This document shows positions 1-13,049 of a stretch of DNA of 64,000 nucleotides, one piece after another (position 1 is the stretch's first letter; each line of letters begins with the position of its first letter). The stretch comes from Chiloscyllium plagiosum (Eukaryota), in assembly GCF_004010195.1 (NCBI RefSeq), contig NC_057739.1:25156969-25220968 (forward strand), given 5' to 3'. A program made the position numbers and the translations under genes. The notes beneath the pieces are model-generated. The model ran no database searches, was not told the DNA's origin, and saw only the letters and a list, made by a program, of their open reading frames with translations.

Positions 1-147
1 CTGGAACATTAAGCTGCCAGTCCTGCCCATCCCTGAGCCATGTTTCTGTAATTGCTATGATATCCCAGTCCCATGTTCCTAACCATGCCCTGAGTTCATC
101 TGCCTTCCCTGTTCGGCCCCTTGCATTGAAATAAATGCAGTTTAATT
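1..147 (-). pseudogene. CR1 ORF2 APE endonuclease N-terminus (partial)
   Basis: Reverse complement translates KLNCIYFNARGRTGKADELRAWLGTWDWDIIAITETWL. Confidence 0.9.
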
Positions 148-266
148 TATTAGTCCTACCTTGTCCCTGCCTGCCCTGACTGTATGACTCGCTTCTGTTC
201 TCAACTGTACCCATCTCAGATCGATCTCTTTCCTCACTATCTCCCTGGGTCCCAACCCCCACCTTA

Positions 267-1209
267 CTAGTTTAAATCCTCCCGAACAGCTCTAGCAAAT
301 TTCCCTGCCAGTATATTAGTCCCGTTCCAGGTTAGGTGCAATCCTTCCTTCTTGTACAGATCACTTCTACCCAATAAGAGATTCCAATGATCCAAAAATG
401 TGAATCCTTCTCCCATACACCAGCTCCTCAGCCATGCATTCACCTGCTCTATCCTTGTATTCCTGCCCTCACTATCTCTTAGGACCGGGAGTAATCCAGA
501 TATTACTACTCTCGAGCCTAACTCTCTGTAATCACCCTTCAGAATCTCAACCTTTTTCCTTTCTTATGTCATTGGTTCCAATGTGGACAATAACCTCCTG
601 CTGGCCCCTCTCCCCCGTGAGAACATCCTGCACCGTCTCTGAGACATCCTTGATCCAGGCACCAGGGAGACAACACACCATTCTGCTTTTTCGCTGCTGG
701 CCACAGAAACGTCTGCCTGTACCTCAGACTAGAGAATCCCCTCACACAATTGATCTCTTGGAAGCCGACGTACCCCTCATTGCATTAGAGCCTGATCTCT
801 TGGAAGCCGACGTACCCCTCATTGCATTAGAGCCAGTCTCAATACCAGAAACTTGGTTGTTTATGCTACGTTCCCCTGAGAATCCACTTTCCAAAACAGC
901 ATACCTTTTTGAAATGGGTATATTCACAAAAGACTCCTGCACTAGCTGCCTACCTCTCTTACCCTTCCTGGAGGTAACCCATCTATGTGACTGTATCTGA
1001 GACTTTCCCCCCTTCCTATAACTGCCATCCATCACATACTGTTGCTGTTGCAAATTCCTCATTACTTCTAACTGTCTCTCCAACCGATCCATTCGATCTG
1101 ATGAGATTCGCAGCCAGCAGCATTTATGGCAGATATAATCCGCGGTAACCCTTAAACTCTCTTTAAACTCCCACATCTGACAAGAATTACATTTCACTGC
1201 AAAGGCCAT
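267..1209 (-). pseudogene. CR1 ORF1 (zinc finger/coiled coil plus SGNH/GDSL esterase), disrupted by stops
   Basis: MAFAVKCNSCQMWE..YICHKC..DRLERQL; past the stop at 742-744 the frame reads IV*GDSLV*GTGRRFCG..VCCLPGA..VIVHIGTNDI; ends ARAVREDLN* at 267. Confidence 0.85.
751..834. repeat. Perfect 42-bp tandem duplication inside CR1 ORF1
   Basis: tgatctcttggaagccgacgtacccctcattgcattagagcc x2 (751-792, 793-834). Confidence 0.97.
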
Positions 1210-2237
1210 TTTTGCTCCTTCACAATCTACAGACCCAGAAAATAACACCGTCTTATTCTTCTACAAACATTTTCTTCTATTTTGCATTTGAATGCACATG
1301 GAGGAGAGTTGGTACAGGCACTCAATCCATTTCCATTCAACGTTCCTCTGTGAGTCCAGCACAGACGCTAACCTAAACCCAAACACAGAAGGGTCTTCGT
1401 GAATGTAGTTTTGAGTTCAAAATGCTTAGAATGGAGACTGATCTGCTTACTAGATACAAAACAGAAAACTTAAGAAAGCTAAATAGAAGAAATGGACACA
1501 TTCTTGAAACTCATTATCAATTCATTTAAAACAATTCACAACAGAAAGAGTGTTTGTAATGTAATAAATGCATTATATTGGATCAGTATCTAATTTCTAA
1601 TGGTCAGGACTTAAAACAGTTTGAATGAAATCCAAAGTGAACATAACTGTTGCAGATTGTTGTCCCACTGTTTATGAATACAAACTGCTTGATTGTTTCA
1701 AGAAAAAGGCGTCTCATCAAAGAATCCCTGCAGAATAACAGCTTTACTACTGAGGGTTACTGTTGCACAGAGCTAGTGTCACTGCCTCTGGGCCAGAAGA
1801 TCCCAGATTCACATTTTTCCTGGGGGTGTGTCACAACGTGCATGAACAAGTTGATTAGACATATCTATACTCTTATGACCAGTGACCCAGCCTTGATATT
1901 CCTTATGGGTAAATCAACCAATATGATAGTTCATTACAGCAATGCAACAAAAAGAATTGTATTGATATGGCAAAGCTCTGCATTGTTGATACATGTCTTT
2001 GAGACCACAAGGTAACTGCTGAAGATACAGAAGCCAATTAAACATTAAATGGTCTTGCGCACTTTCTGGGCTGGGATTTAAACACTAGCGATATGTTTCT
2101 TACTAATTTATTACCAGCCAGCAATTAAACATTGGCAGTGTTTATTTGTACTGCAACACTAGGGAATGCATTTCTTACACAAGGCAGAAAGTTAGAGAGT
2201 AATGTGTTGTAATTCATTGTTACATGTATTTATGAAA

Positions 2238-2363
2238 TCAAAATCACACGACTCTGCTTGTGGCCCAACCGCAAGTGGTTTCAAATAAACCTGTTGGACT
2301 ATAACCTGGTGTTGTGTGATTTTTGACTTTGTCCACTCCAGTCCAACACCAGCTCCTCCACAT
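2238..2363 (+). mobile_element. Short PLE-derived cassette, family B, with partial inverted arm
   Basis: aaataaacctgttggactataacctggtgttgtgtgatttt shared with the 24.1 and 41.2 kb copies; 15-bp TSD catgtattta(t/c)gaaa at 2223-2237 and 2364-2378. Confidence 0.8.
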
Positions 2364-2529
2364 CATGTATTTACGAAAAATACAATAAGTGTGTCCAAGT
2401 CGCCATCATTAATCAGCACCATTTTGATTACCTAAATTATAAAAAAAGAAATAACGCATACAAAGTTAAGACAAATTTCATTTTTATTCCAACCGTGGGT
2501 TTCTTGTTTTCACAAGTGACTATGAGATG

Positions 2530-3062
2530 CTGCCTTACCCCATAGCCGTCCCAGAGCCATCCCTGAGACTGCAACACTGAGGGGGAAGTATGTTGAAGCA
2601 GCTCCTGCCTACACTGACAGGAGCCACAATGCCTCCTCATCACCACCAATGCTCCCGCCACCACCATATGCAAGAGACTGTCCAAACTCCCAAGGACCGG
2701 GTCCATTCTCAATTTCCGAGGAACGATCAGCCGACCAAATTAACTCCCAAGGACCGGGAGACCATTCATTCTGAAGCTGGCAAAACACAAAGAAAAGGAA
2801 CCGGCCCCAATCCATTGACGCTGGAATAGCTACTCAAGCTGTGATCACCATGGCTACAAAGAATGGACCAGACCCACCGCTCAATAGCTTCCCACAACCC
2901 CTCTCCACCACCACAGCTGCAGAATGAAACAAAAAATGAACTTGATTCAAAAGTTAAATGAAGAAAAATAAAACTAAAAAAAAAGGACACTGTCGTTCAT
3001 CAGAGAGGAAGCGGACAGGCTGGGAGTCCGAACACCTCCTAACCTGCCACCTCCGCCATCTT
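2530..3062 (-). mobile_element. Probable LINE 5'UTR-like fragment (L1/Tx1-like)
   Basis: Minus strand starts caagatggcgg (YY1-type motif typical of LINE 5' ends); GC-richer than the flanks; internal repeat actcccaaggaccggg. Confidence 0.35.
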
Positions 3063-3208
3063 GAAAAGAATACAGCTGGTGTCTCAGAATTATTTGTACC
3101 ATTCATCATAGAGAGACAGTCTAAATTAAGTATTGAGATGCAAACCAAAGCCTTTTTACCAGAGTAAATTAAAACACAATTATGCTATGATTGACTGTTC
3201 CACTTAGT

Positions 3209-3492
3209 GGGTGGCACGGTGGCACAGTGGTTAGCACTGCTGCCTCACAGCACCAGAGACCCAGGTTCAATTCCCACCTCAGGCGACTGTCTCCCCGTGT
3301 CTGCGTGGGTTTCCTCCGGGTGCTCCGGTTTCCTCCCACAGTCCAAAGATGTGCAGGTCAGGTGAATTGGCCATGCTAAATTGCCCGTAGTGTTAGGTAT
3401 GGGGTAAATGTAGGGGTGTGGGTGGGTTGCGGGTTGGTGTAGACTTGTTGGGCCGAAGGGCCTGTTTCCACACTGTAAGTAATCTAATCTAA
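3209..3492 (+). mobile_element. HE1 SINE (tRNA-derived V-SINE)
   Basis: A box tggcacagtgg, B box ggttcaattcc, core gtgggtttcctccgggtgctccggtttcctccc, CR1-type tail, (aatct)n. Confidence 0.93.
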
Positions 3493-3677
3493 ATGTTGTG
3501 TTTATTTGCCAGTCATTATTATTATAATTCTCATCAGAAACAGAATAATAGTGTTGCTTTTAAATAGGAATTTTTACAGATGTCCTCAAAAAATCTTTGA
3601 GAAGCATCAAATTGTATGGGCTTTGTTTATCTGACAATAATAATTAAAGTTAATTATTTTCTACAGAAGAAAAAGTT

Positions 3678-3878
3678 AAAGTCACCATAACCTTACCGCA
3701 CCCTGTACTGCCCGCTCATTATGGAGACATGACCAGTGATGGTTTAACCTGAGGGTCACCTCACCTCTGGCATGGGGGGAAGATTAGGAATGAGAATCCT
3801 TTGTGATAAATTCAGCCAGTGCAGGAATTGAATTCACACTGCACAGCAAACTAGCCATCCAGCCAACTGAGCTAACCA
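3678..3878 (-). mobile_element. Older tRNA-derived SINE (unassigned family)
   Basis: Reverse complement begins ggttagctcagttggctgg..ttcaattcc; ggtttaacctgagggt core also present at 19.5 kb. Confidence 0.65.
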
Positions 3879-4279
3879 TTTTGTATGCTTCAGTGACTGG
3901 GCTCTGTGTCCAACACAATATTTTAGGGTTTTGAATATAAATAAATAAATAAACACTACATAAATGAACATAAAATATCAAAGAAGTTATTGCCCAATGT
4001 GGGGTCTCAAGATTCTGAGATTAAGAGGTCCATTAACTATTGAACAAACTAGCCAGACCTTGCTAGAATTGGGATTTGCTGATGTTCCTGCTGCTGACCA
4101 GGAAGGTGTCCAGCTCAGATTTCCATGTGCTGTTATATTTGAGGCCCAGGCAATCCTGATGAAAGTCCACAGTGAGCTTATATTGGGATGAGCAGGCTGT
4201 CTACTTGATAAAGGCTTAAATGTGGAATTTGGGATCCTGCAACCAATTGCAATTTTCAGCTACATAAAGATGGTTTGTG

Positions 4280-4614
4280 TATCCTGCCATTTCTGCTCTA
4301 TTGTGGGCTGATTTCCACCTGGAATGAGAGACAGGCAGGTATGAAGGGATGTGAAAATGGAAGGCACAGATCTTACTTTTTGGTATAGGTGGGGAGGTGA
4401 CTCTAGTGAGTGGGTAGCCAGTGCAAAGATCCTGCAGGGGATCATGGTGCCTGACAGTGAGTGATAGAAGATGATGTCAGTCAGAGGAGTGAAGCATGAG
4501 CCTTGGTGGAAGGTGGCTAGTAACAGAGATCGAGTGAGTGCGAGGTGTCCAAGAGAAGATAGTAGCACTTACACTGGCCGAGTTGTGAAGGTCATTGATC
4601 TCCTTCCTACATTG
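4280..4614 (-). mobile_element. Harbinger/PIF Myb/SANT-like gene remnant with an intron
   Basis: QCRKEINDLHNSAS|gtaagt (donor at 4572); acceptor ctctcattccag at 4319, then KSAHNRAEM. Confidence 0.6.
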
Positions 4615-6539
4615 CTTGTTTAAAGGTATTTTCAGCTACATTGAAACCTGAAACAAATACTGAATTAACTAAATTACAACAGATGGATTTTGTTGCACCA
4701 ATTGGGCAACAAAAACATGCCATGTGCTTTTCTAATTAATAATGTCCGCAGGCTTAAATGCTGGATACACTGCTCCTATAACTCAGGTAAAATAACCAAT
4801 AAATAAACTGTAATTTTGCTGACATCTAGTTATTGTTTCCTAAAGAACAGCCTTTATTTAAGAGTATTAACAAATTATCAACTTTAACATGTCCTCTTTT
4901 AATCTAATCATTATTTAATGAATGAAAGACTGAGGGGGTATTGCATACAAATCTTTATATAAAATATGTTAGTAGCAACAATTAATAAGTGTCCAACAAT
5001 TTCACATTATAGCTTGACAGTCTCTATGTCATTGCATGACTTGGAAGTTTCAACTTTGGCAGCAACGGTTATGTCCAAATACCTCACAGTTCCTGCAGAC
5101 ACTAGTAAAACCATTCTTGCCTGTCTGCACATAAAACTTGAATGCCAACCAGGATAGGTAAAACTCCCCAAGGGAGGGCAGTTTAAACCAGCAACAGATA
5201 GAGAGGTCAGAGGAGAGGTGACTGGGAATTGATGCTGGCTGAAATGAATTCCAGATGTTAGCTGTGACTGACAGGGATCTAGTACTGGAGATAATTTAAA
5301 TCAACATTAGCTGAGACATCAGACAGGGACAGGGTGGTCTAGATAGCTATCTTCTATCAGGAAAAACAGATAATATTCCATCCATTGAGAGTTACAGGAT
5401 CAGCTGTTATGTGACATAATGAATGGCTACTTAAAATGAGGCGCACCATAGAGGGGACCCACAATTACAGAGTCTGGAGACCAATCATTTTTCAAGCTTC
5501 AAATCTTCAAAGGCTTGAAAATTCTGAACATGCGACAAATATTCCTAGAAGCTCTGGTGATGGACACCATTTACTTAAGAACACTACCAGGATAGAATAA
5601 AGGAGTCCATTTTCCCATCTTACATGTGGCAGAGTTGGTTCCAGCCTATTTTCATCATTTGAGTAATTATTTGTTGCTTCCTTTTCATGAGTCGAACATA
5701 TTTCTCATAACGGGAGAATTAATCCTGCACATCATACTCCTTCTGTGGGCAACTAATGTTTTGCTTAAATTTACCAGCAAACTTCTTGTTTTTATTTTTA
5801 ATTTTTTTTACACATACTCCTCCCTATAATCATTAATATCAGAATATCCCTCACTTAAGGAACACAGCTCCTTTCTTACACATCCCAACTGGGATTTGCA
5901 AATTGGAAGAGTAGAGAAGAGGAACAGATTGAACATTCCTTGGCTATTGTATTCAAATGAATGATTTGAGTGAAAAGCCCAACATTAATTTATCTCTGCC
6001 CAGCACAAGGTGGTAACATTTATTTATTAATAAGATTGTGGATTGCAGAAGTCCATTGTTTCCTTGTATCTAAGTATTTGAATCTTGCAACCATGTCAAA
6101 TATTTTACCAACATGTTTCAGTCTATCACACTGATTTACTAAGTCAACAATTATGTTGTGTGTACACAGTAATTTTGTCTGGTTACACAAAGTGGAAAAG
6201 CAATTAAAGAAGTTAATGAATAGTTTACCAAACATTTAGAATGTGTTGCTCTCAAAGGCGAAAATAGTACTTCAGAAAACAATCTCCCTTGTTGTCTTTT
6301 ACCTTTCTATCCTCATTCTTGGATGTCAAAACACTTGATTGCCTGAGATAGAAGGCCAGTAAATTGTCTTTAGGTGGTTGCCTACACTATTTTGAATTTG
6401 TTGTCAGGAGTCATTAGATCACAGGGGAGTGAATGGGGGAGACCATTTGTAGATTAACTGTTCTGAAAATCTTGGGATTCAATCAAAGAAAACCTGGACT
6501 CTACCACCATGACTGATTCTGGAGGCTAAGGCTGCAATG

Positions 6540-6850
6540 AGGTCAGAAGCTCAATGGCCCTGGCAGAACCCAAACTGAGTGTCAGTGAGCAGGTTATTAC
6601 TAAGGAAGTGTAGCTTGATAGCACTGCTGGTAATGCCTTCCATCTCTTTAGTGATAATTGAAAGTAGGCTGCTGGAGCAGTATTTGGCCAAGTTGGATTT
6701 ATATACCGGACATAGTTGGCCCATTTTCCACATTGTTGGAAAGATACGAATGTTATAGCTGTAGTAGAGCAGCTTGGTTCAAGGCATGATAGGTTCTGGA
6801 GAGTAAGTGAATGTTACTATTAATAGAATGTTGTCAGTGCTCATAGCCTT
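6540..6850 (-). mobile_element. CR1/L2-group LINE RT fragment
   Basis: ORF 6551-6733 reads SLLSIITKEME..HFLSNNLLTDTQFGFCQGH. Confidence 0.75.
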
Positions 6851-6899
6851 GAGGTGACGGCATTGAAGATCTTCTAGTGGTTGATACAACTGAATTGCC

Positions 6900-7160
6900 A
6901 TTTCAGCGTGCAGTTAGGAATTAATCATATTGCTGTAGGTCTGGAGTCACATTTGGACAATAGTTTTCTTTTCCCTAAAGGGCATTAGTGAATCGCATGG
7001 GATTTTACAACAACCAGCATCATTGGACTTCAAATTCCAGGTTTTTATTTGATTCACATACCCACTATCTGGTGTGATGGAATTCAAACCTAGGTCCCCA
7101 GTACATTACCTGGATCTCTGGATTACTAGTGTAGTGACTATGCGGTTCTACAATTGCCTC
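6900..7160 (-). mobile_element. tRNA-derived SINE, family C (partner of the CR1/L2-group LINE)
   Basis: ccctaaagggcattagtgaa..ggaattcaaacc..cattacctggatctctggatt; related copies at 13.1, 24.4, 30.0 and 35.75 kb. Confidence 0.7.
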
Positions 7161-7254
7161 CTCTTCACATTTGCTCCTGGTAGTGGAGAGAACCTTCTCT
7201 TCTTGGTAGGTGCAAGTCTCACCTCTGGTCTCTCTACAGGTAATCAGCTCTTAA

Positions 7255-7577
7255 CTGGAGTGGCTCAGTGGTTAGCATTGCTGCCTCACAGCACCAGGGA
7301 CCTATGTTTGACTGCAGTCTCAGACAACTGTCTGTGTGGAGTTTGCACATTCTCCCCATGTCTGCGTGGGTTTCCTCCTACAGTCCAAAGATGTGCAGGT
7401 TAGGTGGATTGCTCATGCTGAATTGCCTCATAGTATCCAGGGATGTGCAGGTTATGTGGATTAGCATGGGAAATGTGGGGTTAAATAGGGTAGGGGTCTG
7501 GGTGAGATGCTGTTCGGAGGGTGGGCGCAGACCCGATGGGCCAAATGGCCTCTTTCCACACTACAGGGATTCTATGA
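7255..7577 (+). mobile_element. HE1-like SINE, older subfamily
   Basis: tggctcagtggttagcattgctgcctcacagc head, V-domain core, tail gggccaaatggcctc..gattctatga. Confidence 0.85.
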
Positions 7578-10500
7578 TAATAGGCTGCTGGGTAGCTGAT
7601 CCTCACTTGAGTGGGCTCTCCCAACTGACATTCTAGCCACAGGGCAGGAGGAGAGCTGCATAAGGGATCCAGCAGCCCAATAAGTCCAGCTCATAGGATA
7701 GTAAAGCACAGGAAGCAGCTATTCTGCCAATCAAATCTGTTCTAGCTTTTTCACAGAGCAATCTCATTCTACCCACCTCCTCTTGTTATTCTTTTTATCG
7801 CTTTATTATTATTTATTTCCTTTTGATAATGTAGTGCGTGCACATGCAATAGCCTATCAGAGCCTGTCAAATTCCAACCAGTTCTTAGGGATTGAGGGGC
7901 TTGGTCCCTGTGTGTAAAAGGAGTGTCACATAAAACGGGCCCAACTTTAAATCAATCCATCAGAAAATGGGAGATCAAATAACTCTGTAAACCAGTATCC
8001 ATGAGAGTTGAATGCATTGCTGTGTTTGGACCCGATCATTACGATGTGATTTTGTGCAGTTGATTTTTGTGATTTTGCATTATTGACAGAAGCAATCACG
8101 GTTGGTTCTCACATCTTCTCTCTATCTACCACGTGTCCCGATTTCCAGGGTGTTATTGTCACAGGCAGATACTATTCTAGGTCATTTACATGGATGAGAA
8201 AGAAACAAATCTGGGGGGTGGGTAGGACCTGGCCCAGAGTATCCGAACAGGCAATCTGAACTTGGCACAGAATTGGAGTTCAGGTGGTTAAGCTTCAACA
8301 GGTAGTGAGCTCTGAAGCAGAAGCAGGCTCTCTGCAGGGACCAGGGTGAGAGCAACTAAGATTGGCTTTTTATAGTCCTGGGGTTAGCTAAAACCAATTA
8401 GATACGTTTATCATCCAACTGAGGACACAAATTGGCGCTATGCAGTTTTGGTGGTTTATAAACATGGAATCACAAGTTTGGAGGTTTAATATTCTCTCCT
8501 GTCTGGGAGCTTGGATCTGCTTTCAGGCATATGAAGAATTTCCAAAGGGAGAGGAATCTATGCCTGTGTAGTTTCTGGGGCTGCTGACCCAAAAGGCAAC
8601 TTATAGAAGAGATAAAGGAAACTGAAGAGAATAGTTTTCTTTGCTGCACTTGGCAGTGAGGTGCACAGGCTGTACCATTAGCTCTGACCTGCTTTTACAC
8701 TGTAATAGGAGATGCTGCACTGTTTGTTACAGGACAGAGACTTTGAATGTTGTTATTAATCCTGAGAACCTTTTGTTTTTTAATTAAAATCTACCTTTAA
8801 CCTTTTGCAGGGCCTCCAGCCAAAATGTGCACTTCCCATTTCAGAATAGCTGAGTCTGCAGTGAGAAAGCAGCTTGAGTTATTTGCTGGTGTAAAGATAT
8901 TAGGTAGGAGGTGCTGGGAGTTATTACACTCCTGATTTCAAGACCAAATGCAAAGTTTTTTCTCGGATAGAAACTTTGCTTTCATTGTTCTATTTGGTGC
9001 TTTAGTCCATAAACCTGTAACTCTAACAGATGCCTCACAGATTTCCCATCCTAAACCACAGTGAGAGTATTTTGTTTATTGTTTTAAGCCAAGCATCAAT
9101 GACAAACTGAAGTACAAATAGTGACATGTGATGTATGTATTGTTCAAGTTTAAAAGATCTTTTAAGCCGACAAGCTATTTAGTTGTAATATTTCTCTGGT
9201 GTCAATTAAGAGTATTTGTGTTATAGTCAGTCAGTGCTTATTTGCTTGTTTATTAATAGAAAAGTGTCTGACAGTGAAGATTCCTGACAAGTAAGGGTAA
9301 TGTATAATGCTGGGTGATTTATGAGTAAGGATTGATCATTGTTTACTGCAGTCCTGAAGCAGTGATGGTGAAACCCAGTTCTGTTTTCAATGATGAAGTG
9401 TAGTCATGCACTTAATTCGTATCCTCCAAAAAGAGCCTAGCAATTTAAAAGGGCAATAAAACACGTCATTAATTTTTAGATTAAAACCTCATTTACTCCC
9501 TGCTGTCATTTCACACTTTGCCCTGATGGTTTCACTTCCTAATGCCAATTGCAGTTAGATTAACAAAATTTTAGCTGTGGGAACAAATTTGGTAAGTATC
9601 CCAATTTCTCTTGTCTGAATGACAGATAATGGCTCGCTATATGAAAAAAGGACAATTCCCACCCTTATAAAACTGGTTTAAAGGCCATTTGTAAAATTAA
9701 CATTATTCCTTAAAAAGTCAATTGTGAAAAGTGAATTACCAACAGATCAGAACATAAAAGGGGGCTGTGAGAATGAGTCAACTGGTATTTAATGATGATA
9801 TTCTTAAGGTGTTGGTATGTCACCACAAACTGTACATATTTATATATTCAAATTCCCCACCAAATTCCCTACTTCCATACAAGTGTCGACATGGAGTAGG
9901 AGCTGGTTGTCTGCCTTTGCTTTGAGTTGTTGGAAAAAGAGTGACTGAAAGGAATAAAGAACAACATTGCTCTAAAATGTATCTTTCAACAGAAGAAACT
10001 CCTCTTTACTAAATACCTCTCCAGAACATTTTGTCTAAGAACTGGAACTCCCTGTCCTAATATGCACAACATGTCAACATAAAAAAATAATTTCATACAA
10101 AACAAATTAAAACAGAATTGGTCCACTTGTCCATACTTTCAAACAGACCATATACATTGGCTTTTATACTATTTTCATTTCTTTTTGTTCTTGAACATCG
10201 ATCTTTCTTTCAAAGACCAAAAATGATTAATGACTGAGACTCTTTAAGATGCTAGAAAGTAAATTCATTAATTTCGCACTCAGTGTGCAGGCACATGCTC
10301 AATGAATTGCAAGTCAATGGGAGAATAACGTAGCTTGTGGAAGCAGGCACGTTCTGTTCACATACCCCCTCCAATTCAAATAATTTTTTTAAATGGGTGA
10401 GGTGTAAAAACAAGTGTCTTACTTAATATTTTACTGCTGCATGAGTTAGATTCACCACTAGAGAATCAATGCATATGTCATGTCCCGAGGTCCGACTCAT

Positions 10501-11034
10501 TCCTTTGCATGTCCCTGCTGGTGATGCTGAATTTACCCTTGTTTCTTTACAATTTGGAATATTTTTATGCATTTGAGCACCAGACATGAAAAAAACAATG
10601 TACTTGGAAAGAAGTAAAATGTTTTACAAATGATTTATTTTATACATCCCTCTCTCATTTCCACACCATTGGAGGTAGCATTATACCTTGCAATTATCTG
10701 GAATTCCCTATCTTGAATCCTTTGCCATTTCGTTCGTCCTTTCAGACACTCTTCAAAACCATTTCTTTGGCCAAGCAAGTTTCTTTAATAGCTTATTTCG
10801 CTCAACATCAATTACTATACTATCTTGGTTTGGGTTGTTTTCCCTTGTTAAAGATATTGGATTATTACAAATTGTTGTTACATCAACATTGCACTGTCAT
10901 ATAATGTACAATAAGTTACTAAGGAAATAGATGGAACCTTGATAACAGTTTGTGTAACTGAAGAATGTGCTGGTTTCACAGTTGCATGTATCTTATTGAT
11001 AATCTTTATACGATGCAAAATTGAAGACTGACAT

Positions 11035-11425
11035 AGACTCATAGAGTCTTAGAGATGTACAGCATGCAAACAGACCCTTCGGTCCAACCCGTCCATGCCA
11101 ACCAGATATCCCAACCCAATCTATCCCACCTGCCAGCACCTGGCCCATATCCCTCCAAACCCTTCCTATTCATATACTCATCCAAATGCCTCTTAAATGT
11201 TGCAATTGTACCAGCCTCCACTACATCCTCTGGCAGCTCATTCCATACACATACCACCCTCTGGGTTGAAAAAATTGCCCCTTAGGTCTCTTTTATATCT
11301 TTCCCCTCTCACCCTAAACCTACGCCCTCTAGTTCTGGACTCCCCAACCCCAGGGAAAAGACTTTGCCCATTTATCCTATCCATGCCCCTCAAAATTTTG
11401 TAAACCTCTATAAGGTCACCCCTCA
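11035..11425 (-). mobile_element. HER1/CR1 LINE 3' fragment
   Basis: RGDLIEVYKI..WNELPEDVVEAGTIATFKRHLD; tail ctatgagtctatg. Confidence 0.95.
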
Positions 11426-11534
11426 CATTTAGAATCAACTTGAAATAAATTTATTCCAGGTAGATGTAAATGATGTTCACTTATCTTAAACCATCTAATA
11501 TATCAATCTCACTAATTACTATATCAATTGAGAC

Positions 11535-12520
11535 TTCTGATAATACGATCCTACCATCAAACAATTTTCCCCTTCATTCCACTGTTCACTTTCCAGAGGG
11601 ATCATTTCCTGTATTTCCTCCCCAGTTCAGTTGTTCACCAGCTCGCACCGACAGCTGCCATCTCCTGGCATCTGGGCAGTCACATGTTTTGGGTGAGTGC
11701 ACATAATGTATCACAATTGTGTAGGGCAGGCCAGGTGAACCAGGGGATCTTTACCTCAACCATCATTGTTCATAGGTTCTCAAATGCAGAAGATGAAACA
11801 ATGATCATACGTCTCTACACAGTCCATTGCCCAGGGTTCCAAACATTCTCTACATGCAAGACAGCCTCCCCCAATTTATATAATCTATTGAATTATCCAT
11901 TTACGGATCAGCCACTTCATCATTCAAGAAAACATAAATGGATTAGTGGTTTTTCTAAACACCTCAACTGTCTGCAAATGCGCTCCTGCACGTTCTGCAC
12001 TTTTAATTTCTCCTTCCTCACTCAGTCTTTGATACCATACACCATTTACACAAAACTCAACATGTGTTTCAGGAACACCATTTTACTTTCCTACTAGACA
12101 TAGAAGAATCCTCTGATTTCAGGTAGATCCCTCTTAGTTTCAATTCCAACTTTGTCCCTCTTCTCAAACCTCCCATCCCTCAGCTAATCACATCCTTTGC
12201 CTTTTTATACTTCTCATATTTCTGTACCTTGACTCAGATAACCTATACCTGCCCACTGCTGATCTTATTTCTGAAAACATGCATCAGGAATGGTGATTAC
12301 ATGTATGATCATAGCAATTTCAAAAACACTTTTATTCCTTCCGATTTTAGCTGTCTTCCCCATTTAAGAAACTGGCCAATTTACATCACTTCCAAAGAAG
12401 AGATTTTGGACTTGAAAAGTTAACCGTTTTTCTGTCCACAGTTGCTGCCTGACCTCCTGAGTTTCTCCAGCATTTTCAGTCTTTATTTCAGATTTCCAGC
12501 ATCCTCAGTACTTTGCCTTT
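11535..12520 (+). mobile_element. Highly decayed Penelope-like element 3' region with old terminal repeat
   Basis: YDPT..IFPFIPLFTFQRDH resembles PLE DPTT..IFPSPPLSAFRRDH; 12390-12520 matches the PLE terminal repeat (gctgcctgacct..tttctccagca). Confidence 0.5.
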
Positions 12521-13049
12521 ATGTATGTCAATTCCACCTCCTGTGCAGTAAATAGGGATATATTAAAATACAACTCAGAAGTGAATTTTCTAATAGTTTT
12601 CCTCCTTTCCCTCAGATACATATACTTGTTACAATCAACATCTAGCTAAAAACAAGACTTCAGGCAAATATACAATGCACTATCCACTTTTTATAACAAC
12701 CTGACATGCTGGGGATACCTTCTCCAGTGGTGAAGTTACCGAACCAGCAATGCAGTGACAATGCGCAATTTTCAACTTCACTATGGCTCTCTTGGACATG
12801 TGGGATTGATGATTGTGTCCTTTAATCTCCTTATTGCTGATGCAATCTGGTTTGCAGTGAGATACTGCCCGGAGGTCGGGGACTGAGATCAATGTTGTTT
12901 CAATTCTCACTGCCAATCAAGCTCCAATATAATTATTTAGTTGCACAGCTGCAGTGGACTCTGACATTTGCTGCAACTCCAGAGCTAGTCTCAGTCTTTG
13001 TCAGATTGAGGTTCCCTTCCTAAGGAAGCTGCTAACAGTTCACTTTAAT

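Larger units (their letters stand above)
1..1275 (-). mobile_element. CR1/HER1-type LINE, 5' part (5'UTR, ORF1, start of ORF2); continues off the left edge
   Basis: ORF1 with CxxC..CxxC and GDSL esterase motifs, followed by the APE endonuclease N-terminus on the minus strand. Confidence 0.92.

Noticed and set aside
434-1000. 188-aa plus-strand ORF
   Set aside because: Antisense shadow of CR1 ORF1; its repeated peptide comes from the 42-bp duplication
3209-3285. tRNA-like A/B boxes (also at 7255, 14052, 28250, 47320)
   Set aside because: SINE heads that continue into the HE1 body; not tRNA genes
8156-8731. Possible solo LTR (tgtcac..gttaca)
   Set aside because: No matching TSD and no second copy in the window
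11528-12097. 189-aa ORF as a host gene
   Set aside because: Non-ATG start, no coherent domain; overlaps decayed PLE sequence
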